Positions 46,750 through 55,678 of a stretch of 64,000 nt of DNA are shown piece by piece; within the stretch, counting starts at the first letter, position 1; each line of letters begins with the position of its first letter. The translations under genes were made by a program, and so were the position numbers. The stretch is taken from the IMG/VR virus record IMGVR_UViG_3300022723_000262, positions 1,541-65,540 of that record; one strand, 5' to 3'. Origin of the DNA: a virus. Lineage: Duplodnaviria > Caudoviricetes. The notes under the pieces were generated by a model. The model worked only from the letters and a program-made list of their open reading frames with translations. It did no database searches and was not told the DNA's origin.

Positions 46750-47187
46750 ATGCCGCAAGCCGACATCATCGACGTAGCCGACGCGATCGTGACGGAGTTG
46801 AACGCGATGTCGTTCAGCCAGCCGTTCACGGCCGCGCGCGGATACCTGCCGACGTTCGACTTGCAGGACATGGACGAATTGAAGGTGACCGTGGTGCCCA
46901 AGGAGGACGACGGCAAGCTCGATACCCGCAACCAATCGACGCACGACTACGCCGTCGATATCGGCATCCAGAAGAAACCGCCTGCCATCGAGAACGCGAA
47001 CCTCGATCCTCTGATGCTGCTGACTCAGGAGATTGCAGACCACTTTCTGTTCGGGAAGCAGGCGGCCGGCGCGACGTTGATCGCGCCGACCGTCCGCATC
47101 CTGTACCTGCAGGAGCACCTGCAAAAGCTACGTCAATTCACGAGCGTTTTGACGCTCACGTTTCGAGGCTGGCGACAAGCGGCCTGA
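46750..47187 (+). CDS. Tail terminator-like protein
   Basis: Size, beta-rich pattern and position immediately before the tail tube. Confidence 0.6.
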   Translation: MPQADIIDVADAIVTELNAMSFSQPFTAARGYLPTFDLQDMDELKVTVVPKEDDGKLDTRNQSTHDYAVDIGIQKKPPAIENANLDPLMLLTQEIADHFLFGKQAAGATLIAPTVRILYLQEHLQKLRQFTSVLTLTFRGWRQAA

Positions 47188-47280
47188 CCTGGAGGTTTTT
47201 CATTTGGGCCATGCCTCTCACCGACGTTGTTATTCAACGTCCACAGACTGAGAACCTGGCCGTAGGAGGTCATTGAAAAC

Positions 47281-47748
47281 ATGCCACTCACCGAAGCCCC
47301 TGTCGTCGGCAAGGACTGCAAGTTGTATCTCAACAGCGCGACGCACGCCACGCCGACGTGGACCGAAGTCAAAAGCGCCATCAACGTGTCGGCCAACCTG
47401 GGCAAAGGCGAAGCCGATGTTTCCGCCCGCTTCAGCGGTTGGAAGCTGACCAAGGGCGCGCTCAAGGAATTGGAGATCAGCTTCACGTACCGGCACAAGA
47501 GCGGCGTTGATGCGGTCTTCGATGCGCTGCTCGACGCCTACATCAACGACACGCCGCTCGAGTTCGCCGTGATGGACGCGGCGATCACCGAGAGCGGTGC
47601 CCAGGGTCCGCGAGCTTTTTGCGAGATCCTGTCGCTGAACCTGACGCAGGAACTGGAAAACGCCGCCGAATACGAGCTCACGGTGAAGCCCACCTACCAC
47701 GAAGAGGCCGGATCGCTGGTCGAGCCCGACTGGTACGAAGTCCCGTAA
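47281..47748 (+). CDS. Major tail tube protein
   Basis: GKDCKLY...PTWTEV...EADVS.R.SGWK; synteny. Confidence 0.75.
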   Translation: MPLTEAPVVGKDCKLYLNSATHATPTWTEVKSAINVSANLGKGEADVSARFSGWKLTKGALKELEISFTYRHKSGVDAVFDALLDAYINDTPLEFAVMDAAITESGAQGPRAFCEILSLNLTQELENAAEYELTVKPTYHEEAGSLVEPDWYEVP

Positions 47749-47786
47749 TCGAGTTTTCACCACAACGCGCAATATAGATGTGTGCC

Positions 47787-47978
47787 ATGCCTGACGACCA
47801 AGCACGCCTGGATGCCCTGCGAAAGGGCATAACCGCAGCCAAAGACGAAGGTTACGTCACCATTCGTGTGGCTGACCTCCGCTGGCTGCTGGATCAGGTC
47901 GAAAACCGTGATTCCGACGCACGGCCGCCGAGCCTTTACGAACTCGAAGGAGACATTGATGACCCCGAGCACGACTGA
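47787..47978 (+). CDS. Small hypothetical protein
   Basis: ORF fills the gap between tail tube and chaperone genes. Confidence 0.4.
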   Translation: MPDDQARLDALRKGITAAKDEGYVTIRVADLRWLLDQVENRDSDARPPSLYELEGDIDDPEHD

Positions 47979-48495
47979 TGCCGCCATCTGGACGGACGCC
48001 GAGAACCGCACCTGGTCGACCGCCATCTCGGTCAACGCCATCCGCCGCGTGAAAGAGCTGGTCGGCGTCAACCTGCTGGAAGTGTTCGACGGCGAACTGC
48101 TCGCGCGGCTGGCGGACGATCCGGTGCTCTTGGTCAACACGCTCTACGCCATCTGCAAGCCCCAGGCCGACGAACGCGGCGTCAGCGACGAAGTCTTCGG
48201 CGAACTGCTCATCGGCGATCGGATCGAAGAAGCCACGACGGCGCTGGTGCGGGGGATTAACGATTTTTTCCCGAAGGACCGCCGGGCGGTCCTGGACAGA
48301 CTGTGGGCGGCGACCAAACGGACGCGGACGGAAGCGATCCAGATGGCAACGGAAAAGCTGGACTCGCCGCTAGTCGTGCAGGCGATCACGGGAGCGATTC
48401 AGAAGGCGAGCGACGAGATCGACCAACGGCTGCGGAGCTATGGCGATACGTCTGGGAGCTCGCCGGAATCCTTGGCGTCGAGCCAGGTCCCCTGA
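47959..48495 (+). CDS. Tail assembly chaperone (gpG-like)
   Basis: AAGGAG RBS; synteny; contains slippery T TTT TTC. Confidence 0.75.
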   Translation: MTPSTTDAAIWTDAENRTWSTAISVNAIRRVKELVGVNLLEVFDGELLARLADDPVLLVNTLYAICKPQADERGVSDEVFGELLIGDRIEEATTALVRGINDFFPKDRRAVLDRLWAATKRTRTEAIQMATEKLDSPLVVQAITGAIQKASDEIDQRLRSYGDTSGSSPESLASSQVP

Positions 48496-48734
48496 CGCTG
48501 CGTGAACTCGTCTGGATGTACCGAGCCCGTCGCAGCGAGCGGTGGTCGCACACATCCAACGTGATGGCGCTGGTCGCCAACTGTCACCGCGACCCGAAGC
48601 GAGTCCGGCGTCCGTTCGACATGGTCGATTTCCTGCCGGCGGACCTGCGACACACAGTGCGTCGCGCAACAGGGATTCGTCTGACGCCCACGACGCTACG
48701 AATGCTCAAACCACTGTTCGACAAGAAGGTCTGA
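48264..48734 (+). CDS. Tail assembly chaperone frameshift extension (gpGT-like)
   Basis: -1 frame opens right after TAA at 48258-60, at the heptamer 48264-70; encodes WELAGILGVEPGPLTLRELVWM domain with no good start. Confidence 0.65.
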   Translation, partial: FFPEGPPGGPGQTVGGDQTDADGSDPDGNGKAGLAASRAGDHGSDSEGERRDRPTAAELWRYVWELAGILGVEPGPLTLRELVWMYRARRSERWSHTSNVMALVANCHRDPKRVRRPFDMVDFLPADLRHTVRRATGIRLTPTTLRMLKPLFDKKV

Positions 48735-48737
48735 TCG

Positions 48738-49268
48738 ATGCCCCAACCGTTCGCCATCACCATGCGAATGAAAGACGTGTTCTTCGACCGGGCGGCGGTC
48801 AAGAACCGCATGACGAAGGCGAACTGTAAGGCACTCTCCAAGGCCGGCGCGTTTATCCGGCGTCGGGCGCGCTCGAGCCTCCGTCGTCGCAAGAAGCCAT
48901 CGCCACCGGGTCAGCCGCCGAGCGTTCACACCAACGATCGCGTCGCCACACTGAAGAACATTCTCTTCGCCTACGATCCGCATAGCGAGTCGCTTGTCGT
49001 TGGGCCGGTGAAGTTGAATCAAAAGGCACTTCTCGGCCCGCAGCTCGCTGGTGCCACCGTTCCGCAGATTCACGAGTTCGGCGCGCGGGTCAAGATCCGC
49101 GAGGTCAAGGTCGGTAGGGGCTGGCGAACTGGCAAACGCCGTGTGCGTCCAGGCCAACCCGTTCGCGTGCGCGCGGCGGTCTACGCCGAACGACCTTTCA
49201 TGGGACCGGCCCTGGAAGCGGAAAAAGACCATATTCCCGACGCTTGGTCCGGCGGCGTGGGAGGGTAG
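48738..49268 (+). CDS. Basic tail completion/neck protein (HK97 gp10-like)
   Basis: PSPPGQPP, IHEFG, RPFMGPAL. Confidence 0.7.
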   Translation: MPQPFAITMRMKDVFFDRAAVKNRMTKANCKALSKAGAFIRRRARSSLRRRKKPSPPGQPPSVHTNDRVATLKNILFAYDPHSESLVVGPVKLNQKALLGPQLAGATVPQIHEFGARVKIREVKVGRGWRTGKRRVRPGQPVRVRAAVYAERPFMGPALEAEKDHIPDAWSGGVGG

Positions 49269-49271
49269 CCC

Positions 49272-52200
49272 ATGGCCGGAAGAGAGGTACGTGCTGGAAA
49301 AGCGTTCGTCGAGATCGCGCTGCGCGATCGTCTCGAAGCCGGCCTGAAGCGAATCTCTGCACGGCTTCGCGGTTTCGCCGCCGGCGTGGGAGCGATCGGC
49401 CGACCGTTGCTCGCATTGGGAGCTGGACTCGGCGCGCCTTTGGCGCTCGCCACTGGCGTTTTCGCTGGATTCGACGACCAGATGCGGTTGGTGAAGGCCG
49501 TCACCCAGGCGACCGACGACGAGTTCGCTCGGCTGCGGACGACGGCGCAGGAGCTCGGCCGCACGACCAGCTTCACGTCCGCACAGGTCGCGGGGTTGAT
49601 GACCGAACTGGGGCGGGCCGGTTTCAATCCGGATCAGATCGACCGCATGACGGCCAGCGTGCTCGACCTCGCCAAGGCGACCGGAACCGACGCGACCTTG
49701 GCGTCGGGCATCATGGCCGCATCCATTCGCCAGTTCTCGCTCGACGCAGGCGACGCCGGTCGTGTGGCCGACGCGCTGACGGTGGCGGCCAACAAGAGCT
49801 TCAACACGCTCGAATCGCTGGGTGAGGCGCTCACTTACGCCGGCCCGGTGGCCAGCGATTTCAACATGTCGATCGAGGACACGCTCGCTCTGCTGGGTGC
49901 GCTCGGCAATGTCGGTATTCAGGGGAGCAATGCAGGAACGGCGCTGCGGCGGCTGCTGACGCTCAGCGGTGCCGAAGCCGAGAAACTGAAGGAGATCTTC
50001 GGCGTCAGTTTCGTGGACATGCGCGGCAACGCGCGGCCGCTGGTCGATGTGCTGGACGAAGTGAACCAAGCCACCAAGGATCTGGGAACTGCGGCCCGCG
50101 CGCAGAAGTTCAACGAGGCCTTCGGTCTGTTGGGCATCACCGGCGCTTCCGCCCTCAGCAAGAACGCCGTCAACGTCCGTGAACTGCGGGATGCGCTCGC
50201 CAACGCCAACGGCGTCGCCGCGCGGACGCATAAGGAGATGGAATCCGGACTGGGAGGCACCTTCCGCCGCATCCTTTCGGCCGCCGAGGGCGTTGCCATC
50301 GCGATCGGTGATGCGCTTGCTCCGGCGCTGCAACGTCTGGAGCCGATCGTCACGACCGTCCTGGGAAGCATCACCAAATGGATCGGCGAACATAAGACCC
50401 TCGTCACGGTCGTCGCGGCCAGCGTAGCCGCCATCGCCGGGATCGGCGGTGTATTGGTGGCGATCGCGGGCGCAGCGAGTTTGGCAGCCTTCGCGGTGAG
50501 TGGTGCGGCCACGGTATGGAGCATCGCCACGGGAGCGCTCGCAGCGATCGGAACTGTGATTGGTGCGATCGTTTCGCCGATCGGACTGCTGGTCGCGGGG
50601 GTTGTCGCTGCCGGAGCGGCATTCCTGTACTTCAGCGGCGTCGGCGGCAAAGTGATCCGCTGGCTTCAGACGCGGTTCGGAGAACTCGTCGGTTTCGTCA
50701 CGAAGGTCGCTGGTGATATCGGCGACGCCCTCATGGCCGGAGACATGAAGCGTGCTGCGACCATTTTGTGGGATGCGATCAAGGTCGCGTTCGCCCGCGG
50801 CGTCGAGGAAGTGTCCGCGTTGTGGAAAGCGGTCCAGGCGTCGGCACAACAGGCGTGGGCTGGCGTCCGTGCGGCAGCGGGTCGGGTGATTTCGTGGTTT
50901 GCAAGCGCCTGGGCCACGGTTCGGTCGTCACTCGCGGCGCTTGGGCAAACGGCCGGCGCGGCGTTTCAAGCGGTCACCGGCATGGTGGGATCGGCGATCC
51001 GCACAGCAATTCAGTTTGTCCAAAGTCTCCCTGTTCGCTTCGTCGAAGCGCTGCGACGCGTCCCGTCCATCGCTGCCTCGGTGTTCTCCACACTTGGCGG
51101 GATCGTGCGTCAGGCGATTTCTGTAGCCACCAGCGCAGTTGAATGGTTGCCGGCGATCATGGCGTCAGCCATCGCTGCCATACCGCAGCTTATAGGGACA
51201 ATGTTTCGAGGCATCGCTCGCGCGGTGAGTGCCCTGGCTGAATTGGTCCCGACGCCACTACGCAACTTCGTGCAGGCGGGAGCGGGAGTCGTATCGGAGG
51301 TCGGATCGCTGTTTGGCCGCTTTGCTTCGGTGGTAGGTGCCGTTCTTACACCTATCGCGACGGTCGCCCGCACGGCGTTTCGTGGCGTGGTGAATGCGGC
51401 GTCGTTCGTGTTTTCTGCGATCAAGGCAATCGTCACACCGATCGCTACTGTCTTGGCGGGCGCGTTCAGACTTGGAGTTGCCATCGCCGCCAATATCATC
51501 GGCGGACTCGTGATGATCGTGGCCCGCGTGGCCTCGACGATCTTGAGCATCTGGTCTTCCGTCATCGGAACAGTCGGGCAGATCGTGTCGCGACTCGTTC
51601 GCGTCGTCTCAACAGTCGCCAGCCGAGTGGTGCAGATCGCTTCCCGCACCGCATCGTTGTTTGCTGGACCCTTCGCTGGGCTTGTCACGGCGATCGGCGA
51701 CTTTTTCAGTGCGGCAGTGGAGCTGGGCGGGACGATCCTAAGCAACTTGGTGGCGATCGCCTCACAAGTGGGCTCCGCGATTCTGGCAGCGCTGGCACGG
51801 CCGCTGGAAGCACTGCGGAGCGTATGGCAGCGGGTGACCGAGACGGCCCGCGCGGCGTGGAGCGGATTGACGTCTCTCGCCACCGGTGTGGCCAACGCAA
51901 TCGGCAACGCGTTTTCGACCGTTGCCAACGTCGTGCGGACGGCGTTCGGAAACGTCTGGCAATTCCTGGCGGCGAGTGCGTCGCAGGTCGTCGCCTTCTT
52001 CGGACGGGCGATGTCGGCGGTTGGACAGGCGGGTGCAGCCGTCGCCAACGGCTTCGCAGCTACGTTCACGCAGATGAAGAACGCGACGCTTGAAACATTC
52101 TCGGCGATAGGGACGGCATTGGCCGAGGGCGACTTCGCGCTGGCCGCTGAAATCGCCTGGGCGTCGATCAAGTTGGCCTTCGCGCAGGGAATGGCGTGGG

Positions 52201-52919
52201 TCACTAACGCCTGGACGGAGTTCTCGACCGGCCTGGCGATGATCTTTGACGGAGTCATCACGTCTATCCGCCAAGTCTGGAACAACATCAGCACCTGGAT
52301 CGCCCGCCAAATGTTGAAGCTGGTCGGCATGATCCACTCCGCCGTGGCGAAGCTGGCCGAGATCGATCCAACCGGTCTGTCCGACAAGCTGGCAGCGGCG
52401 CTCGACTTCGATGTCGAAGGGACGATCCGCATCCTGGAAGAGGACAGCCAGCGGTTCAATCAAGGCATCGAACAGGCCAAGTCCGCGCGGGACGACGAGC
52501 GGGTTCGCGCCATGCAGCAGCAACTGGCCGAAACCGACAAGCGGCTGGCTGAACTGCGTGAAGCGCGACGGCAGGCTTTGGCCAAGGCTGACGCACTTGC
52601 TGAGGACGATACCAAGTCTCCGCTGGCCGGCGCGATTGCGGAACTGGAAAAGACGCTCGCCGACGCGACCAACATGGACAAGCTGTTCGACGCGAACGCG
52701 GCTCAGTCGCAACTACCCCTGGCGTTCGGCGGCATGCCCAAGCTCGGCGGCAGCGCGGGCCTGGCGGGAACTTTCAATGCGGCGATTGCCGGCATGCTCG
52801 GGCGCTCCGGCGACGATCCGGGAGAGCGGACCGCCGACGCCGTGGAATCGATGGACGAAAAGCTCACCGACATCCGGGATGAACTGAAAGACCGCCCGGT
52901 TCTTGCGTTCGACACGTAA
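49272..52919 (+). CDS. Tape measure protein (TP901 family)
   Basis: LGRTTSFT, GIQGSNAGTALRR and long Ala-rich amphipathic repeats. Confidence 0.93.
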   Translation: MAGREVRAGKAFVEIALRDRLEAGLKRISARLRGFAAGVGAIGRPLLALGAGLGAPLALATGVFAGFDDQMRLVKAVTQATDDEFARLRTTAQELGRTTSFTSAQVAGLMTELGRAGFNPDQIDRMTASVLDLAKATGTDATLASGIMAASIRQFSLDAGDAGRVADALTVAANKSFNTLESLGEALTYAGPVASDFNMSIEDTLALLGALGNVGIQGSNAGTALRRLLTLSGAEAEKLKEIFGVSFVDMRGNARPLVDVLDEVNQATKDLGTAARAQKFNEAFGLLGITGASALSKNAVNVRELRDALANANGVAARTHKEMESGLGGTFRRILSAAEGVAIAIGDALAPALQRLEPIVTTVLGSITKWIGEHKTLVTVVAASVAAIAGIGGVLVAIAGAASLAAFAVSGAATVWSIATGALAAIGTVIGAIVSPIGLLVAGVVAAGAAFLYFSGVGGKVIRWLQTRFGELVGFVTKVAGDIGDALMAGDMKRAATILWDAIKVAFARGVEEVSALWKAVQASAQQAWAGVRAAAGRVISWFASAWATVRSSLAALGQTAGAAFQAVTGMVGSAIRTAIQFVQSLPVRFVEALRRVPSIAASVFSTLGGIVRQAISVATSAVEWLPAIMASAIAAIPQLIGTMFRGIARAVSALAELVPTPLRNFVQAGAGVVSEVGSLFGRFASVVGAVLTPIATVARTAFRGVVNAASFVFSAIKAIVTPIATVLAGAFRLGVAIAANIIGGLVMIVARVASTILSIWSSVIGTVGQIVSRLVRVVSTVASRVVQIASRTASLFAGPFAGLVTAIGDFFSAAVELGGTILSNLVAIASQVGSAILAALARPLEALRSVWQRVTETARAAWSGLTSLATGVANAIGNAFSTVANVVRTAFGNVWQFLAASASQVVAFFGRAMSAVGQAGAAVANGFAATFTQMKNATLETFSAIGTALAEGDFALAAEIAWASIKLAFAQGMAWVTNAWTEFSTGLAMIFDGVITSIRQVWNNISTWIARQMLKLVGMIHSAVAKLAEIDPTGLSDKLAAALDFDVEGTIRILEEDSQRFNQGIEQAKSARDDERVRAMQQQLAETDKRLAELREARRQALAKADALAEDDTKSPLAGAIAELEKTLADATNMDKLFDANAAQSQLPLAFGGMPKLGGSAGLAGTFNAAIAGMLGRSGDDPGERTADAVESMDEKLTDIRDELKDRPVLAFDT

Positions 52920-52930
52920 CCAGGACACAG

Positions 52931-53800
52931 ATGGCCATCACCGTTTATGAAAAGTTCGGCTCGCCCGATGGGCGATTCGTGAATCCGGTTGACGGTGCCG
53001 GTTCGGCCTTCACTTACACCTACGTCGTCCTGGGCACCAACAACGTCACGCTGGCTACCAGCGCCGTGGCCACGGCTGCGCCCCTGGTCTATCTCGCCAA
53101 CGACGGGCAACTACTCATTCGGCAGGAATTCATCCCCAAGGTCACCGGGCCCGGCTCCTGGGACATCGACGTCCGCTACGGCACCGAAGACGATCGAAAG
53201 TCCCACGAGATTCCTGAAGCAGGATTCTGGCGATTCTCGTTCGATACGACCGGCGGCACGCACAAGGTGACGCAGTCGCTGGAGACGATTCACCGCGTCG
53301 AAGCCGATCCGGCCGACCCCGCTCCCGATCTGAAACAGGCCATCGGATGGGACGGCAAGAAGGTCAACGGCGTCGAGATTGTCGTGCCAAAGCTCGAGTT
53401 CTCGATTACGGCCTATTACGACCCCGCGTCGGTGACGACCGCTTACATGAAGACGCTGGCCCGCAACACCGGTCGCACCAACAGCGCCGCCTGGCTGGGC
53501 TTTGATCCGGGAGAAGTGTTGTACATGGGCTCGACCGGCGATGGCGACGTGCCGCTGGTGAGTGGCGCTCGCGTGAAGCCGATCCCGCTCGTCCACAAGT
53601 TCGCCGCCAGCGAGAACGTGGTCAATCTGGCCGTGGGCGACATGACCGTGCCGAGCAAGAACGGGTTCGACTACCTGTGGGTCCGCTACAAGCAGATCGA
53701 ATCGGCCGACGCCACGAACATTGTGCCCAAGCCGGTGCATGCCTACGTCGAGCGAGTGTACGAGAAAGTCAATTTCGCCACTTTGCTGGGAGTCAGTTGA
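52931..53800 (+). CDS. Minor tail protein
   Basis: Directly after tape measure; GRTN...WLGF.PGEVLYMG. Confidence 0.65.
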   Translation: MAITVYEKFGSPDGRFVNPVDGAGSAFTYTYVVLGTNNVTLATSAVATAAPLVYLANDGQLLIRQEFIPKVTGPGSWDIDVRYGTEDDRKSHEIPEAGFWRFSFDTTGGTHKVTQSLETIHRVEADPADPAPDLKQAIGWDGKKVNGVEIVVPKLEFSITAYYDPASVTTAYMKTLARNTGRTNSAAWLGFDPGEVLYMGSTGDGDVPLVSGARVKPIPLVHKFAASENVVNLAVGDMTVPSKNGFDYLWVRYKQIESADATNIVPKPVHAYVERVYEKVNFATLLGVS

Positions 53801-53803
53801 GCG

Positions 53804-55678
53804 ATGGCCAGGAAGGTAACCGCCGGTCAGCCGTTTCGGCCCAGCGCCCGCGAGTGGAACACGCTCGTGGACGCGGCCCGCGCGCTGGAGACCGGCGAGC
53901 TGGACCAGGAGTTCGACGTCGATCTGCCCGAGCTGTCGCAGACGAAGATCCTGGTCAAGAACGAGACTGGCTATCCGCTGCCGCTGTTCTCCATCCTCGC
54001 GTTGGGTGAACCGTGGAAGACGCCCGACGAGGACCTGCCCCAGTTCAAACGGCAGATCGTCTTTCGTGGTGTGACGCCCGAGAAATACGAATGCCACGAG
54101 CCGAAGCATCCTTACGTCATCTTGCTCGAGCCGCTACAGCCCAACGGCATCGGTGAAGCGGTCTTGGCCGGCGTGGCGATCACACAGGTCAACATAATCC
54201 GCGAGCTCGATCCCTTCGCCGAGGTCGTCGAAGGCAACACGACGTCGCTGCGGAGTGCGCCTCATGGGCGCACTCGCATTGTGTGGAAACCACCCGGCAC
54301 CGGCGTGAAGTGGTGCGTGGTGCGGATCAGCGATCGCCCGCGCTTTGCGGTGTTCGAGCTGCCGACGACCAAGTGGAAGACGGGCGACGCGTCGGCCTAT
54401 CCGCCGGAACCCGATGGCTGGGCCAAGATGCCCGGCTGCAAACCGGTATTCTACTTCGCGGACGGTTACACCTACGTTGCGGACGGCAACGAGGATCCGG
54501 AGACGATCTGGCACCAGGTCGGCTACCCGCCGAAGCAGCGTGATGACGTCATCGCGCTGCACACGAGCACGGGGCTGTGGCCTGCGAAATTCGGCGACAA
54601 GGACTGGGCCTGGTGTTTCTGGAACGACCACGAATGCCGCTGGCAGATCCTGGCGTCCTATGAAGACCACTGGCGTTTCCAGTTGCTCGAGCCGCTGCCG
54701 CGCTGCGGTTCGGCACTGGCCAAGCTCGTCCTGTACGACGGTGTCTACTGTCCGGTCGACCTGACGTTCACAGTCGTCGACTCGATCGGCATCCTGTGGC
54801 CGGAAGAAGCGGACAACGGCAGCAGCGGCGGACCCGTCGTGATCCCGGCGGGCACGTACGGTTTTGCCAAGCGGTTTGCCGACAGCGAGGCGTGGGAAGT
54901 CCTCGCGCTGGGCGAAGGGTGCTGTCCGAAGTCGAGCAGCAGTAGCGGGTCGTCGTCCTCCCCATCGTCGCCATCATCGTCCCCGTCTTCTTCGCCTTCG
55001 TCCTCGCCGAGTAGCAAGCCGTCCTCACCCAGCAGCAAACCCTCGTCTCCCAGCAGCCCATCGCCGCCAAGCAGCCGGCCGCCGTCGTCCGCGCCGAGCA
55101 GCAAGCCATCTTCGGCTCCCAGCAGTCAGCCGTCCTCCGCTCCCAGCAGCGAACCATCCGAGACGCCGCCGTCGCCATCGTCGGCACCTTCCGATCAACC
55201 CTCCTCGCAACAATCCGAATCGCCGGCATCGAAGTCGCCCAAGTCGAAGGCCTCCTCGATGCAGTCGGAAAAGAGCACGGCCATCGTGCCGGCCAGCTGG
55301 TCGCCAACCGCTTACACCGCGCTCTTCATCCACGAGATGCCCGAGGTGCGGTTCGACGACGTCGTGACCGCAACCGTGACGGACGACGAGACGCTGATCT
55401 CAATTGATCCGCGGTTCCTTGAGGTGTGCGAACCGGGAAGCGTTCAGGTTTGTGGCTGCGTGCCGGACCTGCCGATTCCGGTGGGTGCTGTCGTGGAGAA
55501 CGACGCCGTTCGCGTGCGATTGGGAGCCAGGGGCGACAACGAAAGCGTGAACCTGGTGATCCGTCTCACCGGCATCCGTAAGGGATTCGGTTCGCAGCGA
55601 TTCCCCAACCGAACCGATGAACAGTTCCTCGCCAACGAAGCATTCATCCGTAGCGCGTATCCGGGAGGCAACGAATGA
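53804..55678 (+). CDS. Tail-associated protein with internal Ser/Pro-rich linker
   Basis: Globular N- and C-terminal parts joined by a ~110-aa SSPSS stretch (about 54930-55270). Confidence 0.7.
   Translation: MARKVTAGQPFRPSAREWNTLVDAARALETGELDQEFDVDLPELSQTKILVKNETGYPLPLFSILALGEPWKTPDEDLPQFKRQIVFRGVTPEKYECHEPKHPYVILLEPLQPNGIGEAVLAGVAITQVNIIRELDPFAEVVEGNTTSLRSAPHGRTRIVWKPPGTGVKWCVVRISDRPRFAVFELPTTKWKTGDASAYPPEPDGWAKMPGCKPVFYFADGYTYVADGNEDPETIWHQVGYPPKQRDDVIALHTSTGLWPAKFGDKDWAWCFWNDHECRWQILASYEDHWRFQLLEPLPRCGSALAKLVLYDGVYCPVDLTFTVVDSIGILWPEEADNGSSGGPVVIPAGTYGFAKRFADSEAWEVLALGEGCCPKSSSSSGSSSSPSSPSSSPSSSPSSSPSSKPSSPSSKPSSPSSPSPPSSRPPSSAPSSKPSSAPSSQPSSAPSSEPSETPPSPSSAPSDQPSSQQSESPASKSPKSKASSMQSEKSTAIVPASWSPTAYTALFIHEMPEVRFDDVVTATVTDDETLISIDPRFLEVCEPGSVQVCGCVPDLPIPVGAVVENDAVRVRLGARGDNESVNLVIRLTGIRKGFGSQRFPNRTDEQFLANEAFIRSAYPGGNE

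Noticed and set aside
48696-50849. 717-aa minus-strand ORF opposite the tape measure region (also 41758-43359, 24695-26029, 58004-59296)
   Set aside because: Ordinary high-GC shadow ORFs lying mostly opposite one or two genes, with no RBS or coupling at their ends, unlike 31837-36453
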